Assembly: GCA_964641015.1 (NCBI GenBank)
Contig: CAZXJN010000001.1
Coordinates: forward strand, 42,733-106,732
Direction: 5' to 3'
Length of the DNA stretch: 64,000 bases
Origin: an uncultured Candidatus Saccharibacteria bacterium
Lineage (GTDB): Bacteria > Patescibacteriota > Saccharimonadia > Saccharimonadales > JACDBH01
A model generated the notes under the pieces. It was not told where the DNA came from and made no database searches. It saw only the letters and a program-made list of their open reading frames with translations. The stretch's first letter is position 1. The number at the start of each line of letters is the position of its first letter. Position numbers and translations under genes: made by a program. This document shows positions 10,484 through 18,430 of the stretch, in pieces.

Positions 10484-11077
10484 CTAGAGGGATTCGATTA
10501 CTTGGTCGACGAGGCCGTATTCTTTAGCCTCTTTGGCATCCATCCAGTAGTCGCGCTCCATGTCCTCGTGCACGGCTTTGACAGACTTGCCGGTATTCTT
10601 CGCGATGATTCCTTCCAGCAGCTTCTTGAGTCTTAGCGCTTCACGGAGATCGATTTCCTGGTCGGTTACCTTGCCGCGAGTGCCTGAGCTTGGCTGATGA
10701 ATCATTACCGTTGCATGCGGCAGCAGGTATCTTTTACCTTTTTCACCTGAGCTTAGCAGGAATGCCGCAGCAGACGCCTGCACCCCAATCCCATAGGTGT
10801 GCACGGGAGATTTTACAAACTTCATCGTGTCGTAGATTGCGAATGCATCATATACGCTGCCTCCCGGGCTATTGATATAAAAATGAATCGGTTTGTCCTG
10901 GGACTGGTTGTCCAAAAAGAGCATCTGAGCCACTACCAGATTGGCGGTGTGCGGATTTACATCTTCACCTAGAAAAATAATTCGATCTTTGAGCAGACGA
11001 GAATAAATATCATAGGCGCGCTCAATACGGCCTTCTTGCTCAATCACTGTTGGTATAAGTATATTGCTTGGTTTCAT
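10484..11077 (-). CDS. clpP: ATP-dependent Clp protease proteolytic subunit (alternative leaderless start at 11107)
   Basis: IPTVIE...[21 protein letters not shown] and IHQP motifs; catalytic Ser in QASAAA. Confidence 0.96.
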   Translation of the reverse strand: MKPSNILIPTVIEQEGRIERAYDIYSRLLKDRIIFLGEDVNPHTANLVVAQMLFLDNQSQDKPIHFYINSPGGSVYDAFAIYDTMKFVKSPVHTYGIGVQASAAAFLLSSGEKGKRYLLPHATVMIHQPSSGTRGKVTDQEIDLREALRLKKLLEGIIAKNTGKSVKAVHEDMERDYWMDAKEAKEYGLVDQVIESL

Positions 11078-11129
11078 AAACGTAGTACCTGCTCCCTTTA
11101 GAGTCATATCTCTAGTGTAACATAGACAG

Positions 11130-11156
11130 TTAGCACTCTTCAAGCTCGAGTGCTAA
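11130..11156. promoter_or_regulatory. CIRCE element (HrcA operator) upstream of clpP
   Basis: Exact TTAGCACTC-N9-GAGTGCTAA, overlapping the -35 region of a minus-strand promoter with -10 TACACT at 11119-11114. Confidence 0.92.
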
Positions 11157-11620
11157 CTGTCTAGATTCTTTCCTGCGCTGTACAATGTGACCCCAAGCAC
11201 GCCTGCACGAACCGCCTGATTGTAATCTCTTTGCGTAACCCCCACGGCGCAACCGGCAAACAGAACCGCGCTTGCATATAATAGCCCCTTGCCGACCTTT
11301 TGCCTTCTTGAATACGTCGCGGCAGATTGGTTTGGAGCGCTGTCTAGCAGCGGGTTGCTCCAGGGGCTAATGGTGCGTGGGCCAATCGTACTTCGCACCT
11401 CTTCCAATCGGGCTTCTGTGACCTGCCAGAGATGTCCGAGCATCTCGGATTTATGATATGGTTCACCGTCTGTTGAGAATGCAATCTCGGCTATCTCTTG
11501 CTCTAGCCACGGATACTGTTCTACGAGCCACGCAGAGAACTCTTTTACGAACACCTCTTCGGTAGCATCGTTCGGATTAATATACCCACCCACGTCTTCG
11601 GGGTTAGGCAGTTCCGGCAT
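11153..11620 (-). CDS. Hypothetical protein with C-terminal hydrophobic segments
   Basis: 155-aa ORF overlapping the tig stop, with an acidic N-terminus and a hydrophobic C-terminus; no family recognised. Confidence 0.6.
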   Translation of the reverse strand: MPELPNPEDVGGYINPNDATEEVFVKEFSAWLVEQYPWLEQEIAEIAFSTDGEPYHKSEMLGHLWQVTEARLEEVRSTIGPRTISPWSNPLLDSAPNQSAATYSRRQKVGKGLLYASAVLFAGCAVGVTQRDYNQAVRAGVLGVTLYSAGKNLDS

Positions 11621-12887
11621 AGTTTCGCAACTTCTCCATGGTTTTTTCGGTACGGATTCTGGTTTCGATATCGCGCAGAGCTTCAGGCTTGTTGAGCTCA
11701 GCCTGTGCAGTCGGGTCCTGGTATTGACCCTTCATGAGCTGCAAACGGACCTCAACCTCTTCGGGTGTTACCGTTACTCCTTCGGCATCTGCAACTTCGG
11801 AGAGCAAAATACCGATTTTTACTCGCTGCTCTGCAGCCGGGCGTTTTTGCTCACGATGCTCTTCGGCTGTTACGCCTTCTTCTTCCAGGTGCTCCTCCCA
11901 CGTCTGGCCGCGGTACATCAGATTTTGCTTTTCTTCTTGCTCTATACGTTCAATCTGCTCGTCTACCAGCAGCGCAGGAATTTCTATTTTGGACTTTTCA
12001 GCCAATTTTTCGAGCAGCTCATTGTCGTACTGCGCCTGAGCTTCGCGCTCGCGCTCGAATGACAGCTGCTTTTTGATATCTTCTTTGAGTTCATCAAGCG
12101 TTTTGAATGGACCGACTGCCGCCGCAAAATCATTGTCAAGTTTTGGCTCTGTTATCTCTTGGACCTTGTGAACCTCTATGGCAAAGGTGACTTTCTTGTT
12201 CTGCAGCGCTTTAGCCGCATAATCTTTAGGGAATGTGACGGTAAAGGACTTTTTGTCTCCTGCCTTGAGCCCCACAACTTCTTCCTCAAATCCAGGAATA
12301 AACGAATTACTGCCCAAAATCAGCGGGTACTCTTTGGCATCTGCGCCTTGCACAGGGTCGCCCTTTGCATCGGTGCCTTTAAAGTCAATAATTACCTCAT
12401 CACCCATCTTGGCGGCACGTGCTGTCTCGGTACGGGTAGCAGAGCGGGTTTTTAGAGATTTGATTACCTCGTCGACATCTTTAGCCGTAATCTTGACATC
12501 TTTTTTTGCAAGCTTGGTTTTTTTGTAGTCCGCAAGTTTGATTGCACCAATTGAATCCACCTCTGCCTCGAACTCAAGCTCAGTAAACGGCACGAACTTT
12601 TTTATAGCAATCTGCGGGTTAGCTACCGGACGGATGTCTTCTTTGCGTACCGCCGAAGAGTACAGATTATTGATAGCATGCTCGATCACTTCTGATTGCA
12701 GCGCATTTTGATTAACATGCTTCTCTACCACTGCAGGCGGTACATGCCCTTCGCGGAAGCCAGGAACCTTTACCTGGGCGGACAAATGAGAAATCGCTAC
12801 TTTTTTGGCGGCGGCCAGCTCTTTGGGCTCGGCTGTAATTACTAATTTTGTTTTGGTTGGTTCTGGATTGGTACGAGTTATATGCAT
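11604..12887 (-). CDS. tig: Trigger factor
   Basis: VPGFREGHVP ribosome-binding motif; FKBP domain with FIPGFEE...TFPKDY. Confidence 0.96.
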   Translation of the reverse strand: MHITRTNPEPTKTKLVITAEPKELAAAKKVAISHLSAQVKVPGFREGHVPPAVVEKHVNQNALQSEVIEHAINNLYSSAVRKEDIRPVANPQIAIKKFVPFTELEFEAEVDSIGAIKLADYKKTKLAKKDVKITAKDVDEVIKSLKTRSATRTETARAAKMGDEVIIDFKGTDAKGDPVQGADAKEYPLILGSNSFIPGFEEEVVGLKAGDKKSFTVTFPKDYAAKALQNKKVTFAIEVHKVQEITEPKLDNDFAAAVGPFKTLDELKEDIKKQLSFEREREAQAQYDNELLEKLAEKSKIEIPALLVDEQIERIEQEEKQNLMYRGQTWEEHLEEEGVTAEEHREQKRPAAEQRVKIGILLSEVADAEGVTVTPEEVEVRLQLMKGQYQDPTAQAELNKPEALRDIETRIRTEKTMEKLRNYAGTA

Positions 12888-12918
12888 AGAAAGCTACTGT
12901 AACAGATACAGCAGCAGT

Positions 12919-13035
12919 TTTCAATTTGCAATTATCAATTTTTGAATAAAAGCTGCAATGTTTTAATTGTCAAACCTTTGGGCAAGCACATCATTGATAA
13001 TTAAATGAAAATTGGAAATTAAAGTGTTTGAAAAT
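12919..13035. repeat. AT-rich inverted element built from heptamer repeats
   Basis: Left arm TTTCAAT TTGCAAT TATCAAT; right arm ATTGATAATT...GAAAATT GGAAATT...TGAAAATT. Confidence 0.6.
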
Positions 13036-14339
13036 TATTTTCTGTGATCTTTGACGATGCTCACAATCCGTTGCAGCGAATGTGTTTCTTCGGTGCTTGC
13101 GGCGAGATTTTTGAGTTTGTACTGTTCAGCTTCGACTTCTTGCTCGCCAACGAATACCACGTACGCCACGCCTGATTTGATAGCAGCCTTCAGCTGCTTT
13201 TCGGTTTTGCGGGCAGTCAGATCAATCGCCGTATTCACGCCCATTTCACGTAATTCAGCCGCCACTTTCATAGCCGCATCTCCTACATCTCCGATCGGTA
13301 TCAGTACCACCTCGGTTGCGGGCTTGGCGTCTGGAACAAGCTTCCAGCCTTTCAAAAACTCCATCAGCACTACATCGCTGATAGCAAAGCCAATGGTCGG
13401 GATCGGCTCCACGCCAAACAAGCCTACCAGTCCGTTATAACGCCCGCCGCCGAACATCGAACGATTGTTATCCGGGTTAGTATCAAATACTTCAAACACA
13501 AAGTCAGTATAGTAATCAAGCCCACGCATCAGTGATATATCAAACCGAAGATTCGTAACACCAGCTTGCTCAATCCGCTCTATTATTTCTTTTAGCTTGC
13601 TGCAGGCAGCTGATTGCTGTAGCTCTTCTGGCAGATCAGCCAGGGTCTTAGCCTGCAGAGTGCCTAGCAGCTTTTCGTCAGCACCCTGATCGCGTAAGCT
13701 GGGCGGAATAGACGCCTCAATCAGCCCGACAAATTCTGGCCGGGGCATCTTATGCATCCGGTCTATAAGCCGGGAGACCGTTTTTTGCTCTACCTCATTG
13801 AGTCCGATCCATTCCCCGAGCACGTAATTCATAAACTCCCGGCTGTTCACACGTATCTCGTACATGTCGCTGCGCGCTGCAAATCCTTTCATAAGCGAAT
13901 CGACCATCTGAATCATTTCGACCTCAGCGGCGACTTCCTCTACCCCAAACAAATCAACATTAAGCTGGTAGAACTCCCGCCCGCGGCCTTTTTGCGGCCG
14001 CTCATAGCGCCAGCACGATGGAATCGAAAACCAGCGTATGGGCAAAGGCAGCTCCTGGCGGCGGCCAGCTACCATGCGTGCAGCACTGGGCGTGATTTCC
14101 GGACGCAGCATAATCTCACGACCGCCGCGATCAGTAAAGCTATAGGATTGCTCGTTAACTAATTCATCACCGGATTTCGCGGCAAACAGCTCGACTGGCT
14201 CAAGTATAGGCGCGTCGTATTCTTCATAGCCGTACAGATGGCATACGTTTCGCCACACTTCAAACAGGCGATTTCTGATACGCATGTCCTCAGGATAAAA
14301 ATCCCGCGCACCTTTGTAGGGTTGGGTTGATAGGTTCAT
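13035..14339 (-). CDS. hisS: Histidine--tRNA ligase
   Basis: KGARDF, LRPEIT, RYERPQKGRGREFYQ, RGLDYYT and GGGRY motifs. Confidence 0.97.
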   Translation of the reverse strand: MNLSTQPYKGARDFYPEDMRIRNRLFEVWRNVCHLYGYEEYDAPILEPVELFAAKSGDELVNEQSYSFTDRGGREIMLRPEITPSAARMVAGRRQELPLPIRWFSIPSCWRYERPQKGRGREFYQLNVDLFGVEEVAAEVEMIQMVDSLMKGFAARSDMYEIRVNSREFMNYVLGEWIGLNEVEQKTVSRLIDRMHKMPRPEFVGLIEASIPPSLRDQGADEKLLGTLQAKTLADLPEELQQSAACSKLKEIIERIEQAGVTNLRFDISLMRGLDYYTDFVFEVFDTNPDNNRSMFGGGRYNGLVGLFGVEPIPTIGFAISDVVLMEFLKGWKLVPDAKPATEVVLIPIGDVGDAAMKVAAELREMGVNTAIDLTARKTEKQLKAAIKSGVAYVVFVGEQEVEAEQYKLKNLAASTEETHSLQRIVSIVKDHRK

Positions 14340-14374
14340 GGTTGGTTTTAATTATACGGTATCTGGTAGCTTAT

Positions 14375-14402
14375 AAAAAACGCCAGATGAGCTCATCTGG
14401 CG
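14375..14402 (-). terminator. Intrinsic terminator
   Basis: Perfect palindrome CGCCAGATGAGCTCATCTGGCG followed by T6 on the minus strand. Confidence 0.8.
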
Positions 14403-14443
14403 CTTCAGAGGTGTAATAGACCCCTCTATTCTTCTTATTGTAC

Positions 14444-14472
14444 ATTATAGCACAAATGTCAATACATGTCAA
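14444..14472 (-). promoter_or_regulatory. Consensus sigma70 promoter with no ORF before the terminator
   Basis: TTGACA-17 nt-TATAAT with extended TG on the minus strand. Confidence 0.75.
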
Positions 14473-14483
14473 GTATGAGCGGT

Positions 14484-15074
14484 TTACTGGTCTTTGTAAA
14501 GCTTCTCTGTCTTGGCCTCGGTAAACCGGCCGACCTTGTCCTTGGCATTATCCAAAGTCACCAGGAATATGCGTGCTAGGAATGAAAATTTGTCTTCGGT
14601 GTCCATTCTGAGCACCGGCAGACCGGTAAATGCTTGCTTGCCGACATTTCTTTCCAGCATGGCTACACTGGACTTGATGGCTGTATGCTCAAAGCTGAAG
14701 TTTTCTATGCGGCCAAAGCAGTCGTCGCGCAGCTCGCGCAGGATATGCAGGTCGCGCCAGAGATTGTGGCTGATCACCCCTATGCGGAAGGCCAGATCAA
14801 TCTGGGACTCGAAGCTGTCTACCGTACCGCCCAGCAGGGTGTCTTCTTTTTGGTTGCTCGGCACCATAACGTTGCGCAGCAGGTCCTGGACGCTGCGCTC
14901 GATAGCAGCCACATAAATCAGTACCTTTGCTCTGGGTGATTCGCCCTTGACCAAGCTCTCGGCCCGCTCGAGTGCCGCAAAGAATTCCTCGCGCTCGTTT
15001 ACTAGGATTTTGCTGCTTTTGCCGCTGCTGGCGCCTAAGTCGTTTTGTTCTACAAACTGGATGTCTTTAGCCAC
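14484..15074 (-). CDS. MltR/MtlR-like (HEPN-fold) protein
   Basis: Pattern LLGGTVDSFESQIDLAFRIGVIS..LWRDLHILRELRD resembles the mannitol-repressor family; GTG start with SD GAGGGAG. Confidence 0.6.
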   Translation of the reverse strand: MAKDIQFVEQNDLGASSGKSSKILVNEREEFFAALERAESLVKGESPRAKVLIYVAAIERSVQDLLRNVMVPSNQKEDTLLGGTVDSFESQIDLAFRIGVISHNLWRDLHILRELRDDCFGRIENFSFEHTAIKSSVAMLERNVGKQAFTGLPVLRMDTEDKFSFLARIFLVTLDNAKDKVGRFTEAKTEKLYKDQ

Positions 15075-15132
15075 TGTTTCGCTCCCTCGTATTTACTCTA
15101 TTGTAGCATAAGAGAAAAGTGTTTTTGTACTG

Positions 15133-15176
15133 ACAGCAAAAACTCCCCGCCAGTCCGGCAAGGAGTCTTTTGCTGT
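15133..15176. terminator. Hairpin terminator downstream of the 15185-15895 gene
   Basis: ACAGCAAAA-ACTCC...GGAGT-CTTTTGCTGT inverted repeat. Confidence 0.6.
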
Positions 15177-15184
15177 TAAAATTA

Positions 15185-15895
15185 CTAAAGTGACAGCTCG
15201 CTGATGGGGAGCGCTCCTTCTGGGGCAGCAATGGAAACATCACGATAATCGATATCCATCGCCATATTGCCGGTAAATCCGCCGGAGGAGACGTACTTTC
15301 TGGGCAAGTAATCTTTGTCGCCAAACCAGCACTCTACCACGGTTTCACCCAAGATACCGCCGCTCATTCGATAGTGAAAACAAGTCGCATCACCGCACGG
15401 CACTTTGCCAAGATTCTCATATGTGATACCTGCCGTTGTAGCGATACTAAAGTTCACAGGATCAGCTGCCGCATAGCTCGCATCGCCTGTGCTGTCGTAC
15501 CACTTGCCGAACATATTGACGTACTGTCTGCCGTTGTAGGTGATACTGTCCATGCCGCCGGTAATTTCGGAGTTGCCTTTGCCGTCGTATTTTGCGGTAA
15601 TCACCGCACCGTCAATATCTAGTGTGACTACAGAGGAGAACTGGCTTAGGTCGGTTATCGATCCGACACGGCAGATATTTTCGTCGCCTGTCACCCTGAC
15701 GCAATCGTCGCTCAGCGTCGCTGTATTGGTCTGGTTGGTTACAGGTGCGCCTTCGGCATCCTCATTGTTGTTGTAGCTTGAAATTCTCCAGTAAGCAATA
15801 CCACCGACTGCAACCACTGCTAGCACCAGCAGGATTACACTCATTGATATCATACCCCGAGAGTCCTTGTGCAGATTTAGTTTTTTAAGAGACAT
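15185..15895 (-). CDS. Membrane-anchored/secreted hypothetical protein with a prepilin-like N-terminus
   Basis: Basic N-terminus, RG|MISMSVILLVL hydrophobic helix, Cys-containing extracellular domain; SD GGAGG. Confidence 0.75.
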   Translation of the reverse strand: MSLKKLNLHKDSRGMISMSVILLVLAVVAVGGIAYWRISSYNNNEDAEGAPVTNQTNTATLSDDCVRVTGDENICRVGSITDLSQFSSVVTLDIDGAVITAKYDGKGNSEITGGMDSITYNGRQYVNMFGKWYDSTGDASYAAADPVNFSIATTAGITYENLGKVPCGDATCFHYRMSGGILGETVVECWFGDKDYLPRKYVSSGGFTGNMAMDIDYRDVSIAAPEGALPISELSL

Positions 15896-16015
15896 TGTTG
15901 TCTTTGCCCTCCCTAGATTTTAAAGCTTTAGCATTATTGTAGACATAAGGGAGTTGTAAGTAAACAAATACTTGCTGCGTTTTGGTTTATGCTCTAGTTT
16001 TTCACCTTATCTAAA

Positions 16016-16047
16016 GCTAAGAACCCACCAAAAGATGGGTTCTTAGC
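16016..16047 (-). terminator. Terminator downstream of tRNA-Leu
   Basis: GCTAAGAACCCA...TGGGTTCTTAGC 12-bp stem. Confidence 0.7.
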
Positions 16048-16070
16048 GGGCTTCGCATATAGTAAAGTTT

Positions 16071-16155
16071 TGGTGCGCGAGAAAGGACTTGAACCTTCAC
16101 GCCGTGAGGCACTAGTTCCTAAGACTAGCGTGTCTACCAATTCCACCACTCGCGC
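16071..16155 (-). tRNA. tRNA-Leu (anticodon TAG)
   Basis: Reverse complement GCGCGAG...TGGTAGAC...CTAGT-CT-TAG-GA-ACTAG, long variable arm, GGTTCAAGTCC, encoded CCA. Confidence 0.97.
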
Positions 16156-16390
16156 ATCCAAAAGCTTACTATATGTTAATGTTGCCAACTCCATCAGTCC
16201 CCTGTTTTATTCGTGCAGGCCGGTAGGTGCTGAGGCTCCGGCAAATCAGGCCTGCCTGGAGCGGCCAGCTTTGCATAATTTAAAAAGCTGTCTCTTCGGG
16301 GGCTTGATGATGAAAGGTGGTGTAAAACAGATTGATTCTAGCATTTTTTGGATAACTTGTATACAGTTAATCCTAAGAAGAGGGAGTAAA

Positions 16391-17062
16391 ATGGCTAAAC
16401 AAAAAACTGTGCCAGCGATTGACCTGCTGATACCCAGTGCGACGATTATCAAAGATAATGTGTTGGTGTTTTTTATCCTGCTGGTAGTGCCCTTGCTGCT
16501 AAGCAACGTTACCGGTCCGGCGCCAGTACTATCAGAAACACCAACGCTCGCAGAGCTAGCCGAAGCATTGCGTGCTAGGATCACCCCTGCAGCAGTCATC
16601 GGCTCGATGCTTACGCTGCTGTTCTATCCGCTGCTTACGTATGTACAATGGTATGCAGCCAAACACGGTACTGTCTCACTCAGGCAGGCGGCGCAAAGAG
16701 GGGCAGCACACTACTGGCGCCTTCTCGGGCTGCTTATTCTGATGTCGATGATTATAGGGATTGGGCTCGCAGCATTCATCATACCTGGCATTATTTTTCT
16801 GAGGATGTTTATTCTGTCGCCGTTTTATCTCATCCAGCACAATTTGTCGATTACGGACGCACTCCGCCAGTCTGCGCGGGAGTCAAAGAGTTATAAATGG
16901 CCGATTTACTCAGTGCTCGCGGTCATTGCTTTATTTAGCATCACCACGTCATTCGGTGTGTTGGGTCAAATTGCCGGCACTATCTTGACTGTCTTGTACA
17001 ACCTGGCTCTTGCACTACGGTTTCACGAAATTCATAAATCTAGCCAAACAAAAGCTCGTTAA
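16391..17062 (+). CDS. Integral membrane protein (YciC/GDPD membrane-anchor-like)
   Basis: ATG 16391 with SD AGGGAG; about five hydrophobic helices; IIPGI motif and 'ALRQS' amphipathic segments. Confidence 0.75.
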   Translation: MAKQKTVPAIDLLIPSATIIKDNVLVFFILLVVPLLLSNVTGPAPVLSETPTLAELAEALRARITPAAVIGSMLTLLFYPLLTYVQWYAAKHGTVSLRQAAQRGAAHYWRLLGLLILMSMIIGIGLAAFIIPGIIFLRMFILSPFYLIQHNLSITDALRQSARESKSYKWPIYSVLAVIALFSITTSFGVLGQIAGTILTVLYNLALALRFHEIHKSSQTKAR

Positions 17063-17595
17063 AGCTGCCTGTAGATAAAAAGCTCCGCATCGCCATAGGA
17101 TTTGTGCGACAAGAGCTCTTGGCGGCTTGGCGCAAACAAGAACCCAGTGTGCGGAGGCAGCGACACCACAATTATCCCGCTTGGTTTTGCGTGCCGGGCC
17201 AGTAGCAGCAACTCTTTGGGCTCAACCGCGTCGTAGGGCGGATCGAGTAGCAGGATATCAAACAGCCGATTTTGGTGGCGCCGGCTCCACGAATGAGCGT
17301 ATGCTCGAGTAATCTCAACCTCGTCGCTGCTAAGCTGCAGGCTGTCCCGGCTTTTTAGCATTTGTCTGTAAGCTCTGATATCAGCGTCGAGCACCACTGC
17401 ATGCGCCGCGCCTCGGCTGACCGCTTCAAAACTAAGCGCACCGGTGCCGCCGTACGGGTCAAAAACAGTCAGTCCGCTAATATCACCGAGTGCATTAAAG
17501 AGCGCTCCACGGATTTTCTCACTCATCGGATGCGTACGGTGTCCGGGCACTGCCTCAAAAGTCTGACCCCCCAGCCGCCCGGCGATTATTCGCAT
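17059..17595 (-). CDS. rsmD: 16S rRNA m2G966 methyltransferase RsmD family
   Basis: MRIIAGRLGG...THPMSEKIRGALFN, DPYGGTGALSFEA and LDPPY motifs. Confidence 0.9.
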   Translation of the reverse strand: MRIIAGRLGGQTFEAVPGHRTHPMSEKIRGALFNALGDISGLTVFDPYGGTGALSFEAVSRGAAHAVVLDADIRAYRQMLKSRDSLQLSSDEVEITRAYAHSWSRRHQNRLFDILLLDPPYDAVEPKELLLLARHAKPSGIIVVSLPPHTGFLFAPSRQELLSHKSYGDAELFIYRQL

Positions 17596-18407
17596 AAGCC
17601 GGCTTCCTTGGCGGCCGCGTACCACAGCATAGTCACTGTCTTTACCATAGTCGGAGCCAGGCTGTGCCGTATCTCGTTGCTGAGCTTAGGCGTCCATCCC
17701 TTCTTTAAATACCGTACGAATAGATCCAAGGCTGCTATTTCGCGGGCACGATTAAGAAAATATGTTTCGTGGCCGTGCACCTCAATCTCTTCAAAATCAC
17801 GCTTTTTGGGGCGAGCATCCGGCAGGCGCAAGGGGCGGATCAGCATTGTAAACCCAAGCTCAAAGGTGACATGCGACGTAAGTGGACCTTTTGGTATGTA
17901 AGCCCTTGCAGTGTTTTTTAGGGTGTCAGCTGCACCTTCGCCCCTAAAGATGAGTTTGTTGAAAATAGAGTTGCGGGTTTCGTTACCCTCACCACCGCGG
18001 AGTTCGGCGATCTTCTCTTCGTACGGATAGTGGTGCGCGGGAGTCAGTCCGTCGACAACCGCGTGCGCCAGCCAGGCAGCCTCAAACGCTGCTCGCTCGT
18101 TGTCGTTTTTCTTCAAATGCTTTACCAGCGCCTCGTAGTGTGCGGTGATGGTGTGCAGAAAATCCCTGTTTTCATCCTCATCACCGAATGGGTCTATGAA
18201 GTGCCAAGGCTCGTCATAGCCGGGGCTTTTTCGCTTCATACCGTCAGGGCCGTTTTTTCCCTCGAATCGTAGAATCTCCTTGATAGTGGGAAACGGTGCG
18301 TCTTCTGGTAAGAATTCTGACAAATGCCGTCGAGCAACGCGATCGATTTTCTGGTGTGCGCCCATAAGCTGACCAGAGTGTTTGGTGAGTACAAGTCCTG
18401 AATACAT
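17586..18407 (-). CDS. Hypothetical protein, zinc-dependent phospholipase C/P1 nuclease-like motifs
   Basis: H(QKID), PDG..., WHF and HAVVDGLTPAHH putative metal-ligand pattern. Confidence 0.65.
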   Translation of the reverse strand: MYSGLVLTKHSGQLMGAHQKIDRVARRHLSEFLPEDAPFPTIKEILRFEGKNGPDGMKRKSPGYDEPWHFIDPFGDEDENRDFLHTITAHYEALVKHLKKNDNERAAFEAAWLAHAVVDGLTPAHHYPYEEKIAELRGGEGNETRNSIFNKLIFRGEGAADTLKNTARAYIPKGPLTSHVTFELGFTMLIRPLRLPDARPKKRDFEEIEVHGHETYFLNRAREIAALDLFVRYLKKGWTPKLSNEIRHSLAPTMVKTVTMLWYAAAKEAGLCE

Positions 18408-18430
18408 ATACTGTAGTATAGTCTATTTTG

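Noticed and set aside
16345-16366. DnaA-box-like TTGGATAA/TGTATAC sequences
   Set aside because: Only one or two imperfect matches, with no cluster or origin context.
16070-16390. N-terminal extension of the 330-aa ORF and the 15994-16194 ORF
   Set aside because: Both overlap tRNA-Leu; the real start is ATG 16391 with an SD.
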